DNA from: Burkholderiales bacterium | Lineage (GTDB): Bacteria > Pseudomonadota > Gammaproteobacteria > Burkholderiales > Gallionellaceae | Length of the DNA: 64,000 bases | Assembly: GCA_038205615.1 (NCBI GenBank) | Contig: JBBRBS010000001.1 | Coordinates: 16,174-80,173 of the forward strand | Direction of reading: 5' to 3' | Shown here: one piece after another, positions 10,381 through 19,754 of the stretch | Position numbering within the stretch: position 1 is the stretch's first letter | Layout of the letters: each line of letters opens with the position of its first letter | Made by a program: the position numbers and the translations under genes | Notes under the pieces: model-generated | The model's database searches: none | What the model was told of the DNA's origin: nothing | What the model saw: only the letters and a program-made list of their open reading frames with translations

Positions 10381-12840
10381 ATGACACAAAATAATGCAGT
10401 ACACCTCGCTCCGGCGGGGTGTTTTCATTGCGGATTGCCGATTGCTGCAGATGTGCATTATCAGTGCCAGCTGGAAGGCAATATACGAGAATTCTGTTGT
10501 TTTGCCTGTCAGTCCGTCTGTGAAGCCATTCATGAGGCCGGGCTGCAAGGCTATTATCAGCGCACGCCGCAGGGAACGCTGTTGGCACCGCCACCCACCC
10601 CGCCGCGCGATATTGAAATGTACGACCTTGACGAAGTGCAACAGGATTTCGTCAATTGTCAGGATGAAACTCGTGACACGCATCTGCTGGTAGAAGGGAT
10701 CCATTGTGCTGCCTGCGTCTGGCTGATTGAGCGCGGTATGATGCGCACCCCGGGGGTGATTTCTGCCGGTGTTAATCTCGCCGGAAAACGCCTTTATGTA
10801 CGGTGGAATAACGAACAAATCAAACTGTCGACGATTATTCATCAGCTCACGAAGATTGGCTATTCGGGGGTGCCTTATGATCCGGAGGTTGCGGAAGGTT
10901 CGATGAAGCGTGTCAACCGCGCAATGCTGTTCCGTTTGTTTTTTGCTGCTTTTGCGATGATGAATCTGAACCTGATTGCGATCGCGCTCTATAGTGGCGC
11001 TGATCGTGGCCAGTTCGTTAATTTCTTTCAGTGGATGGCATTCGCGCTGGCCACCCCTGCCTTGCTTTATTCAGGATATCCATTTTACAAGGGAGCATGG
11101 AGCGGCTTGCGCAACGCGCAACTGACGATGGATTTGCCGATTGCACTAGGTTTGTCTGCAACCTACGCCTTTTCGATTTATGTAACGATCACGGGGGGGA
11201 CTCAGGTTTATTTTGATACAGTGACCAATCTGCTTTTTGTTATCTTGATTGGTCGTTATCTGGAGGGAATGTTCCGCCATCAGGCCGTGTCTGCAACGAA
11301 CCGCTTGATGGATCTGCAGCCGCGTGTAGCCACCGTTTTGTGCGACGGAGCAGAAAAAATCACATCAGTTCGCGCGGTCAAAGTGGGTGATTCTGTGCTG
11401 GTCAAGCCCGGCAGCAATATCCCGATGGACGGACGGGTCATTGACGGACACTCATCCGTAGATGAATCAATGCTGAGCGGCGAATCGGCTCATGTCAGAA
11501 AGCAAATCGGTGACCGGGTCGCGGCTGGCACCTTGAATGGCAGCGGTGCATTGGTAGTCGAGGTGCAGGCCGGATCATCCGACTCAACCTTATCGAAAAT
11601 TATCCGTCTGGTAGAGGAGGCTCAGTCTTCCAAAGCGCCTATCCAGCGATTGGCTGACAGTATCGTGCCGTGGTTCGTGCTGGCGACATTGATTCTGGCG
11701 AGTGTCACGTTCTATATCTGGTCCGATAACTTTGAATTTGCGCTGATGGCGGCCACGTCGGTATTGATCATTACCTGCCCATGCGCGCTGGGCATGGCTA
11801 CACCGATGTCGATCGCAGTAGCGTCAGGACTGGGAGCCAAGCACGGAATTCTGGTTAAAAACGGGGTCGTGCTGGAAACTCTGTCCAAAGTCACACACTT
11901 CGTTTTCGATAAAACGGGCACGCTGACCGAAGGGAAAATGCGCGTTGATCAGGTGATCGTGGCATCGGGTCAGGATGAAGCAGCCCTTCTGGCGCTGGCC
12001 GCTGCAGTGGAGCGCTATTCGGAACACAGCGTTGCCTGCGCCGTCGTCATTGCGGCTGAGACTCGCGCGCTGTCATATCGGAATCTGCTCGTGCAAGATT
12101 TTCATGCCACGGCTGGCGCAGGAGTGGAGGCTGACGTTGCAGGAATACGTGTGTTGCTGGGCACGGCGGAATGGATGGTTCGCAACCAGATAAAGCCTGC
12201 AGAGGGGTTGATGCATACGCTCGATGAACTTGAGGCGCAGGCAAAGACCTGTGTGTTTCTGGCTGTGGACGGTCGGCATGTAGCCGTGCTGGTTCTGGCG
12301 GATATCTTGCGCGCGGATGCCCGTGCGCTGATCAATACACTGCGCGTTGCCGGAATCGGCATGACGCTGCTATCCGGGGATAGGCGCGCGGTCGCTGAGG
12401 CGATAGCGCTTCAGTTGGGCGGCATGGAGGTCATTGCAGAAGTGCTGCCGCAGGATAAGGACAGGGTCATTCAGCAGTTGCAGCAGCGGGGTGAATGCGT
12501 GGCAATGGTGGGGGATGGTGTCAATGACGCGCCGGCGTTGATTCGCGCAGATGTGGGTATCGCATTGGGTTCAGGCACGGATGTGTCGGTGGAGAGCGCG
12601 GACATCGTACTGATGCGCAACGAGCTGGACAAGGTTCGCCTGGCAACGCTGCTGTCCCGACGCACGCTGCGTACGATCAAGCAGAATATTGGGCTGTCGT
12701 TCGTGTATAACAGTATCATGGTCCCTTTAGCGATAATGGGTCATGTGACCCCGCTGGTTGCCGCGATCACGATGCCGATCAGCTCGCTACTTGTAATAGG
12801 TAATGCAGCGCGTATACGCAATTTGTTTAAGGAAAAATAA
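10381..12840 (+). CDS. ccoI: Copper-translocating P1B-type ATPase CcoI
   Basis: CFHC..FCC..C N-terminus, CAAC HMA, CPC, DKTGT, SEH, GDGVNDAP. Confidence 0.95.
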   Translation: MTQNNAVHLAPAGCFHCGLPIAADVHYQCQLEGNIREFCCFACQSVCEAIHEAGLQGYYQRTPQGTLLAPPPTPPRDIEMYDLDEVQQDFVNCQDETRDTHLLVEGIHCAACVWLIERGMMRTPGVISAGVNLAGKRLYVRWNNEQIKLSTIIHQLTKIGYSGVPYDPEVAEGSMKRVNRAMLFRLFFAAFAMMNLNLIAIALYSGADRGQFVNFFQWMAFALATPALLYSGYPFYKGAWSGLRNAQLTMDLPIALGLSATYAFSIYVTITGGTQVYFDTVTNLLFVILIGRYLEGMFRHQAVSATNRLMDLQPRVATVLCDGAEKITSVRAVKVGDSVLVKPGSNIPMDGRVIDGHSSVDESMLSGESAHVRKQIGDRVAAGTLNGSGALVVEVQAGSSDSTLSKIIRLVEEAQSSKAPIQRLADSIVPWFVLATLILASVTFYIWSDNFEFALMAATSVLIITCPCALGMATPMSIAVASGLGAKHGILVKNGVVLETLSKVTHFVFDKTGTLTEGKMRVDQVIVASGQDEAALLALAAAVERYSEHSVACAVVIAAETRALSYRNLLVQDFHATAGAGVEADVAGIRVLLGTAEWMVRNQIKPAEGLMHTLDELEAQAKTCVFLAVDGRHVAVLVLADILRADARALINTLRVAGIGMTLLSGDRRAVAEAIALQLGGMEVIAEVLPQDKDRVIQQLQQRGECVAMVGDGVNDAPALIRADVGIALGSGTDVSVESADIVLMRNELDKVRLATLLSRRTLRTIKQNIGLSFVYNSIMVPLAIMGHVTPLVAAITMPISSLLVIGNAARIRNLFKEK

Positions 12841-13037
12841 TGGAAGTAATCTACAGCCTTATCCCCGGCATGACTTTTTTCGGGCTCGTGTTCGTCGGCA
12901 TCCTGATATGGTCTGTGAAGAGGGGGCAGTACGAAGACATGGAAGGCAATGCCAGCCGTATTCTGCTGGATGATGATGAGGATGCAATGCTGATCAGTCA
13001 GCCTAAGGTGAAGAAGGAAGCCTCCCCGAACAAGTAA
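12840..13037 (+). CDS. ccoS: cbb3 oxidase maturation protein CcoS
   Basis: MEVIYSLIP..WSVKRGQYEDMEG..RILLDDD. Confidence 0.93.
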   Translation: MEVIYSLIPGMTFFGLVFVGILIWSVKRGQYEDMEGNASRILLDDDEDAMLISQPKVKKEASPNK

Positions 13038-13239
13038 CAATCCTCTGCAGAAAGTGCTGAATTTGTGCCGATTTTGCGGCGTTGAGCATTTAAAAAGTGA
13101 ACTAAGTAATCATTATGCCGTCTGAAAAGTGGCAGTCAATTGCTTGTTGTTTCCTCCTGAGTAACAGGTGTGTTGCACATTTGGCTTTGGGTGCTTGAGC
13201 GGACAGCTCAATTCAGTAATGATCTTTTGAGGAAGAAAT

Positions 13240-13554
13240 ATGAAAAGTATTATCGTTAGTTTGTCAGTGGCCGGTTTGATGATTGCCGGAAGTGCAATGG
13301 CTGTGGATATGCCCGCTGATGGTAAAGCAAAGTGCGGTGCTTGCCATGCAATCGATACGAAGAAGGTTGGCCCTTCATGGAATGATGTTGCAGCGAAATA
13401 CAAAGGTAAACCTGATGCTGAGAAGACCTTGATTACTAATATTACCAAGGGCGGTCAGTTCGGTTGGAAAATGGCCGCTATGCCACCAAAAGGTATGGGT
13501 GCAAATGATGCGCAAATAGCCTCTTTGGCAAAATTCATTGTTGAATTGAAGTAA
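13240..13554 (+). CDS. Class I cytochrome c (c551/c552 family), periplasmic
   Basis: Signal peptide ending AMA, CGACH, VGPSW, distal Met in MPP. Confidence 0.93.
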   Translation: MKSIIVSLSVAGLMIAGSAMAVDMPADGKAKCGACHAIDTKKVGPSWNDVAAKYKGKPDAEKTLITNITKGGQFGWKMAAMPPKGMGANDAQIASLAKFIVELK

Positions 13555-13560
13555 TTCAAT

Positions 13561-13614
13561 TTCCGGTGGGCAATAAAAAACCGACTTACGTCGGTTTTTT
13601 ATTGCCCACCGGAA
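13561..13614. terminator. Bidirectional terminator, 25-bp perfect stem
   Basis: TTCCGGTGGGCAATAAAAAACCGAC-TTAC-GTCGGTTTTTTATTGCCCACCGGAA between convergent genes. Confidence 0.88.
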
Positions 13615-13650
13615 CCGCACCCGGTAAAGGGTGCCAAACCCGAGTAGTTG

Positions 13651-14322
13651 TTATTTCAACACTTCGCCGTTTGCCAGCAGTGGCGCTCTTACGAGTTCGA
13701 AATCCTTAGTTGGCAGATATTGAAAAAACGGTTTGTTATCCAGCACGATATCCAATCCGTGTTGCGGATATAACCAATGCACGAGGTTGGTTTTCTTCTC
13801 ACGTACTCGTTGTGCAGGCTCGCCGAAACGCTTGGCGATGATCGCTTCTTCCAGACGTGCTGTGGGCATATAAGTCAGGCTGGCGACAGGTAACGAGCGT
13901 ACACGCGCCAGATCATCTGCGGTCAGAGTGATGCGTTTGCCGCTGGGCGTGCTGTTCATGCGTAAACCACGCTCAAACATACCTTGCAGCTCTGCCGTCG
14001 GTACTGCGATTGTCATGATGATTTTGGCTTTCAGACCGTTAAAATTAACCTCTTCGAAAAAGGCTTCAACACCCATTGCAGCATCGCTGGGCTTGAACAA
14101 ACTGATCTCAAGCTCGGTTTCGTACTTGTAGGTGTGAGCGACTTCATCGAGTGTGCTCTGACCCAGCGTGATGCCGAATACACGGGTGGTGTCCGGTGTC
14201 GGATGGCTGATTTTCCAGGGCAACGTCTCAGGTGTGCTGACGGAATTATCCGGAACCATCAGAATCAGGGAGATCGTGACAACGATCAGGGCTACGACAC
14301 CCAGAATTATTTTCTTGTCCAT
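13651..14322 (-). CDS. Hypothetical membrane-anchored periplasmic protein
   Basis: 223-aa ORF, N-terminal TM, LPW..VFGITLG..HWLYP motifs, normal codon usage. Confidence 0.8.
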   Translation of the reverse strand: MDKKIILGVVALIVVTISLILMVPDNSVSTPETLPWKISHPTPDTTRVFGITLGQSTLDEVAHTYKYETELEISLFKPSDAAMGVEAFFEEVNFNGLKAKIIMTIAVPTAELQGMFERGLRMNSTPSGKRITLTADDLARVRSLPVASLTYMPTARLEEAIIAKRFGEPAQRVREKKTNLVHWLYPQHGLDIVLDNKPFFQYLPTKDFELVRAPLLANGEVLK

Positions 14323-14325
14323 GAG

Positions 14326-14832
14326 TTATTCATTTTCCTTTGAATGCGGGTAGTACGCTAAGGCGCTGGCAGGTACATTGCCAGTCCTTGATTGATGTTC
14401 GGCATCAAACTCGATGACGATGAGGCCTAGCACCGCGACCATGAAGGGTAGCAACCCAAAGCCGCCGGTCAGTGCCCAGGAGGCTACTTTCTGCATGTGG
14501 ATTGCCTGTCCGCCATAAAATAGCGCCAGTGTCAGAGAGCCCAGCGCAAGAAACAGGAAGAGGAACAGTCGTGCGCGTTTTGCGGCAAACTGCCAATGGC
14601 AGCGTACATACCATGAAGGTTCCGATGTAAGCGAACGATTTGCGCGGATGAGTATATAACTGAGCATTACAATTGAAACGACTATGACTACGAGCAAAGG
14701 AATTTTACTTTGACTGATCAGCGTCAGCGACATCAAAAAGAGAAAGATGTGGTTGACAACCAGATTGAACAGCAATACGGCATGCAAATGGCGTGCACGT
14801 TTTTTTTCTGCATCGCTGGATTGAAATTCCAT
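14326..14832 (-). CDS. Hypothetical 4-TM membrane protein
   Basis: 168-aa ORF with four hydrophobic segments, AGAGG SD, 3 nt from next gene. Confidence 0.8.
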   Translation of the reverse strand: MEFQSSDAEKKRARHLHAVLLFNLVVNHIFLFLMSLTLISQSKIPLLVVIVVSIVMLSYILIRANRSLTSEPSWYVRCHWQFAAKRARLFLFLFLALGSLTLALFYGGQAIHMQKVASWALTGGFGLLPFMVAVLGLIVIEFDAEHQSRTGNVPASALAYYPHSKENE

Positions 14833-14871
14833 TTTAAGTGCCTCTACATGATTAAAAAAAATTGGTGGCGA

Positions 14872-14900
14872 ATAATCCGCTCAAGCGCTGTGACTGTCAA
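14872..14900 (-). promoter_or_regulatory. Putative sigma70 promoter for the two hypothetical genes
   Basis: TTGACA-17 nt-GATTAT on the minus strand. Confidence 0.5.
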
Positions 14901-14930
14901 ACGATATGGACAGCCGTGGAGTAATATGTG

Positions 14931-15656
14931 TTACCTCGATTTGTTGAGGCAGGCCTGCAAGCCAGCCAGGTCAAGGATTTCAATCGTACGAACTTTCACA
15001 TTGATCAGTCTTTCATTCTGAAAGTGTGAGAATGCGCGGCTGACCGTTTCCAGTTTTAATCCCAGATAGCTGCCTATTTCATGACGCGACATGCGCAACT
15101 GGAATTGGGTTGCCGACATGCCGCGTGCAGCAAAGCGCTGAGACAGGTTGAGCAGGAATGCGGCCAGTCGTTCTTCGGCACGCATTGAGCCTAGCAACAG
15201 CATGATGCCCTGGTCACGCACTATTTCGCGGCTCATAATTTTATGCAGATGGCGCTGCAGCTTTGGAATTTCGCGGCTTAACGCCTCCAGCTTGTTGAAT
15301 GGAAGTTCGCAGACGACGCTGCTTTCAAGGGCAACGGCTTCGCAGGCATGAATGTCGGTGCTGATCGCATCCAGACCGATTATTTCGCCGGCCATTTGAA
15401 ATCCGGTGACTTGTTCCCGTCCGTCTTCGTGGAGTATCTGAGTCTTGAAAGAACCGCTGTGGATAGCGAACAAGGCGCGGAATTTGTCACCGCTGCGGTA
15501 CAGATAGTCACTGCGCGCAAAGCTGCGTTTCAATATGCCGAGTTCATCCAGCTTTTGCATCTCAATGGGGCTCAGATCGACAGGCAGGCACAATTCGGCC
15601 AGATTGCAACTGGAGCAGGCGGATTTCGGCAGGCTCAATGGGGAAGATAGTGACAC
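14931..15656 (-). CDS. fnr: O2-sensing transcriptional regulator FNR
   Basis: CSSCNLAELC Cys cluster plus central Cys, EERLAAFL, EIGSYLGLKLETVSR HTH. Confidence 0.96.
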   Translation of the reverse strand: MSLSSPLSLPKSACSSCNLAELCLPVDLSPIEMQKLDELGILKRSFARSDYLYRSGDKFRALFAIHSGSFKTQILHEDGREQVTGFQMAGEIIGLDAISTDIHACEAVALESSVVCELPFNKLEALSREIPKLQRHLHKIMSREIVRDQGIMLLLGSMRAEERLAAFLLNLSQRFAARGMSATQFQLRMSRHEIGSYLGLKLETVSRAFSHFQNERLINVKVRTIEILDLAGLQACLNKSR

Positions 15657-15750
15657 GTCGCGGTCTTTGGGGTGGCGGTAATTGGGATTTGTGGCAGGCA
15701 GTTAAAACTTCGTTCAATAAATCTATAACACGGGCAATATGCCATGCTTC

Positions 15751-15764
15751 TTGACATATATCAA
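15751..15764 (+). promoter_or_regulatory. FNR box between divergent fnr and hemN
   Basis: TTGAC-ATAT-ATCAA; CATTAT -10 candidate at 15787-15792 fits class II spacing. Confidence 0.82.
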
Positions 15765-15821
15765 ACCAGTTTCATACGCATTCAGGCATTATGCCCGCTT
15801 ATTCAATAAGCGGCGATACTC

Positions 15822-17219
15822 ATGTTGAACAACGCAGACAATCAATTGATCGTAGATCTCGAGCTGATACGCAGGCTGGACAAGAACGGGCCGCGCTATA
15901 CCTCTTATCCGACTGCAGATCGTTTCGTCGAGGCTTTCAACGCCGAGACTTACAGCCAGTGGCTGTTGAAGCGCGAAATCGGCGGTGTCAGTCGCCCCTT
16001 ATCGCTATATATACATATCCCGTTTTGCAATACGCTTTGTTTTTATTGTGCGTGCAACAAGGTGATCACCAAGGATCGCAGTAAATCGGCCGACTATGTG
16101 CGCTATCTGATCAAGGAAATGGCGATGCAGGCGAAGTTGCTGGGCAAAGGCCAGGTGGTCGAGCAGCTGCACTTTGGTGGCGGTACGCCGACATTCCTTT
16201 CCGATGATGAAATTCGTCAGTTGATGGCGGCGATACGCGAAAACTTCAAACTGGTGGAGGATGGCGAATATTAGATCGAGATCGATCCGCGCAAGGTCAG
16301 CGACGAGACCATCGCGTTGCTTGGCTCGGCAGGATTCAATCGCATCAGCATCGGCGTCCAGGATTTTGACGAGGAAGTGCAACGCGCAGTGAATCGCATT
16401 CAGAGCGAAGAAGAAACGATGCGCGTCATTACAGCTGCGCGCGCCAACGGATTCAAGTCGGTGAGCATCGATCTGATCTACGGTTTACCAAGGCAGACGC
16501 TGGCGGGCTTTGGTGTGACGCTTGATAAAGTGATCGCCGCCAATCCGGATCGCCTGTCTATTTACAATTACGCGCATATGCCGACCCTGTTCAAGCCGCA
16601 GCGGCGCATACATGAAGAAGAATTGCCAGCCCCGCAAGTGAAGCTGGATATTCTCAGCATGGCGGTGAACAAACTGACTGCAGCAGGCTATGTCTATATC
16701 GGCATGGATCACTTTGCCAAACCGGAAGATGAGCTGGCCGTAGCTCAGCGCCAGGGCCGTCTGCATCGCAATTTTCAGGGCTATTCTACGCATTCCGATT
16801 GCGATCTGGTCGCCTTGGGCGTGAGTTCCATCGGCAAGATTGGTCCGACCTACAGCCAGAACTATCGTGAGCTGGAAGACTATTATGATGCGCTGGATCG
16901 GGATCAGTTGCCCATCATGCGCGGTCTGGAGCTCAATGCTGACGACCTGGTGCGTCGCGCCATCATTCAGGCGCTGATGTGCCACTTTGAACTTGCCAAA
17001 GAGTCGCTGAATATCGCCTATCTGATCGATTTTGATAGTTATTTTGCAACCGAGCTCGAGGAGTTGCGAGAATACGAGCGCGAAGGCCTGCTGGAGATTT
17101 CAAAGGAATGGATCAGCGTAACTCCGAAGGGTCGCATGCTGATACGCAATATCTGCATGGTATTCGACAAGTATCTGCGCACCCGTACCGAACATGCGCG
17201 CTATTCGAAGGTGATCTAA
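15822..17219 (+). pseudogene. hemN: Oxygen-independent coproporphyrinogen III oxidase HemN interrupted by one in-frame TAG (16272-16274)
   Basis: GPRYTSYPTA, HIPFCNTLCFYCAC radical SAM motif, GGGTPT; both ORF pieces are in one frame and read GEY*IEIDPR where the family has a small residue (typically Ser). Confidence 0.9.
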
Positions 17220-17340
17220 CCGTAGAAACAGTTTTCAGTAAGCTGGAAATCTGTTTTGAGGGTGGCAGCCAGCTAAATATGATCAGTTAATCTTACAGCC
17301 TGCGTTCTCGTTCGGCTTCCATGTCAACGAATTTAAGCAC

Positions 17341-17375
17341 AACGGCGTCAGTTTTTACTGGTGCCGTTTTTCTTG
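17341..17375 (+). terminator. Intrinsic terminator downstream of hemN
   Basis: AACGGCGTCAGT-TTTT-ACTGGTGCCGTTTTTCTT. Confidence 0.7.
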
Positions 17376-17451
17376 AAAGACAGTCTGTGGCACGTTCAAC
17401 TCGGCTGACCTCCGTTATAATCCACGCCTGACTTTCATTGCGGGTGCGATC

Positions 17452-19662
17452 ATGAACAAAATCGTTAAATATGGTTTGTTAGGTGCGGGCGCAGTGGTGG
17501 GGGTCGCGGTGGCAGGAGCTGTATATCTTGCGGTAACTTTTAATCCGAACGACTATAAACTGTTTATAATTCAATCTGTTAAAGATAGTAAGCAACGCAT
17601 TTTACATCTCGATGGCGATATCAAGCTGACATTCTTTCCAAGCATAGGGGCGAATCTGGGCAAGCTGTCTTTATCCGAAGTTAACAGTGAACAGCAGTTT
17701 GCCGCGGTTGAGACTGCAAGAGTATCATTGGAGCTGATGCCTTTGCTGAGCCGCCAGATGGTGGTCAGTGAAGTGCTGGTGAGCGGTCTGAGTGCGACGC
17801 TGATTAAGCACCAGGATGGCACGACCAATATCGACGATCTGTTAGGCAAAAATGAAAAGAAAAAGAGCGAAAATCAGCCGATAAAATTCGACATCGCGCA
17901 GGTGTCTATCGAAAAGACCAATCTCAATTACCGCGATGAAGGCTCGGGTGCTCAATACACAATTCATGACCTGGACCTCAAGACCGGGCGCATCGCCAAT
18001 GGAGTGCCGGGCAAGATTGACCTGTCGGCAGGCGTGCAGGCCAATCAGCCAAAGCTGAACATCACCACACAGCTTAACACTACGCTGACATTCGATCTGG
18101 ATCGCCAGCAGTATCAATTGAACGGTATGGATTGGCAGCTCAGTGGGGCGGCGCTGGATGTCAGCAACCTGAAGATCAAAGCTAGCGGGGGTGCGAGTGC
18201 GAATCTGTCCACCCAGGAATTTACGGCGAATAAATTCAAGCTGAATGCGACAGGTATGAAGGTCAAGGATGCCTTCGAGGCGACGCTGGACGCGCCTGTG
18301 TTGAGCATGACAAAAGACAAGTTTTCCGGCAATAACCTGACACTCAATGCCAATCTGGATGGCGCTTTGGGCAAGATTGTCGCTGCTCTTTCCATGCCTG
18401 AACTTTCCGGTAATGCGCAAGCCTTCAAGGTCGGCGCGCTTACGCTCGATCTGGATGTGAAGCAGGCAGAACAGGCTTTCAAGATCAAACTCAGCTCGCC
18501 GCTGTCGGGTAATTTTGAGACCCGGGAATTTAACCTGAGCAATCTAAGGCTGGCGCTAAATGCCACCGGCGACAAGTTGCCGAACAAGTCGGTGAGTAGC
18601 GAGTTGACGGGCAGTGTGCAACTGGACGCCAGCAAGCAGAACATGCAGGCCAAGTTCGCAGGCGGTTTACTGCAAAGCCAGATCAAGGCAAAAGTCGCTG
18701 TGAATGGTTTTACAAATCCCGCCATAAATTTCGACGTGGATGTGGATCAGTTTGACGCCGATCTGTATCTGCCGAAAAAGACTAAAACCAGCCAGCAGGA
18801 ACAGCCATTTGATCTGTCTGCATTGCGAGCACTTAATCTGGACGGCAGTCTGCGTATCGGCCAGCTCAAAGTGGCGAACATCAAATCAAGCGGTGTTCGT
18901 CTGGATGTAAAAGCGCAGAAGGGTCAGGTCAGTGTGAATCCGTTGTCCGCCAACCTGTATCAGGGCAGCATGAAGGGCACGCTTGCCGTGAATGCGGCCG
19001 CTGTGCCTGTCATTACCGTTGTTCAGAATCTTAGCAGCATCAATGTCGCCGCGTTGACTCGTGATGCGGCAGGCTTTGATATGCTGGAAGGTCGCGGCAA
19101 TGTCGCGCTGAATCTGACCATGCAGGGCAATACTGTAAGCCGCATGAAGAAGGCGCTGAACGGTAACTTGTCGCTGAATCTGAATGACGGCGCGATCAAG
19201 GGTATCAATATTGCAAAAAAGTTGCGCGATGCGCAGGCTATGCTGGGTAAGGGCAGTGCGCAGACGCAATCTGCCGACCAGAGCGAGAAGACGGATTTTT
19301 CCGAATTCAAGGCGAGTTTCTATGTAAACAATGGCGTGGCACACAACGACGACCTGTTGCTCAAATCGCCATTGTTGCGGCTGACCGGCGCAGGAGACAT
19401 CGATATCGGCAATGACCGTATGAACTATCTGGCGCGCGCCACGCTGGTCAGAACGCTGGAAGGTCAGGGGGGGCGGGATAACGCAGGTGGCGTCACCGTG
19501 CCGGTGCGCATTGCCGGCCCGTTTTCCGATCTGAAGTACACGCTGGATTTCGGCGCGATGGCGGGGGACGTCGCCAGGCAGAAAGTTGAAGCCAAAAAAG
19601 AGGAAGTCAAAACACGTGTGCAGGATGAACTCAGAAACAGCCTGAAAGGGTTGTTCAGATAA
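17452..19662 (+). CDS. asmA: AsmA family protein
   Basis: N-terminal TM, FNPNDYK, beta-rich body, GAIKGINI..TDFSE..NGVAHNDDL..SPLLRLTGAG C-terminus; usual asmA-mutY order. Confidence 0.9.
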   Translation: MNKIVKYGLLGAGAVVGVAVAGAVYLAVTFNPNDYKLFIIQSVKDSKQRILHLDGDIKLTFFPSIGANLGKLSLSEVNSEQQFAAVETARVSLELMPLLSRQMVVSEVLVSGLSATLIKHQDGTTNIDDLLGKNEKKKSENQPIKFDIAQVSIEKTNLNYRDEGSGAQYTIHDLDLKTGRIANGVPGKIDLSAGVQANQPKLNITTQLNTTLTFDLDRQQYQLNGMDWQLSGAALDVSNLKIKASGGASANLSTQEFTANKFKLNATGMKVKDAFEATLDAPVLSMTKDKFSGNNLTLNANLDGALGKIVAALSMPELSGNAQAFKVGALTLDLDVKQAEQAFKIKLSSPLSGNFETREFNLSNLRLALNATGDKLPNKSVSSELTGSVQLDASKQNMQAKFAGGLLQSQIKAKVAVNGFTNPAINFDVDVDQFDADLYLPKKTKTSQQEQPFDLSALRALNLDGSLRIGQLKVANIKSSGVRLDVKAQKGQVSVNPLSANLYQGSMKGTLAVNAAAVPVITVVQNLSSINVAALTRDAAGFDMLEGRGNVALNLTMQGNTVSRMKKALNGNLSLNLNDGAIKGINIAKKLRDAQAMLGKGSAQTQSADQSEKTDFSEFKASFYVNNGVAHNDDLLLKSPLLRLTGAGDIDIGNDRMNYLARATLVRTLEGQGGRDNAGGVTVPVRIAGPFSDLKYTLDFGAMAGDVARQKVEAKKEEVKTRVQDELRNSLKGLFR

Positions 19663-19708
19663 AAGGTAGTCGCTAGCGCCTTTTAGCGTGTAGCTTGCAA
19701 CTGTTCAT

Positions 19709-19747
19709 AATTTTCAATTTTCAATTTTCAATTTTCAATTTTCAATT
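19709..19747. repeat. Heptamer tandem repeat (TTTTCAA)x5 directly upstream of mutY
   Basis: Five exact copies at 19711-19745. Confidence 0.95.
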
Positions 19748-19754
19748 CGTTCAT

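Noticed and set aside
13115-13126. ATGCCGTCTGAA equals the Neisseria DNA uptake sequence
   Set aside because: Only one copy noticed in 64 kb, whereas true DUS genomes carry them densely; better explained by chance or the upstream motif reported above
13130-13144. Sigma54 -24/-12 site before cytochrome c (TGGCAGTCAATTGCT)
   Set aside because: GG to GC spacing is 9 nt rather than the required 10
19695-19754. N-terminal extension of MutY (FNFQFSIFNFQF)
   Set aside because: It is only the translation of the heptamer repeat; MutY similarity starts at 19755
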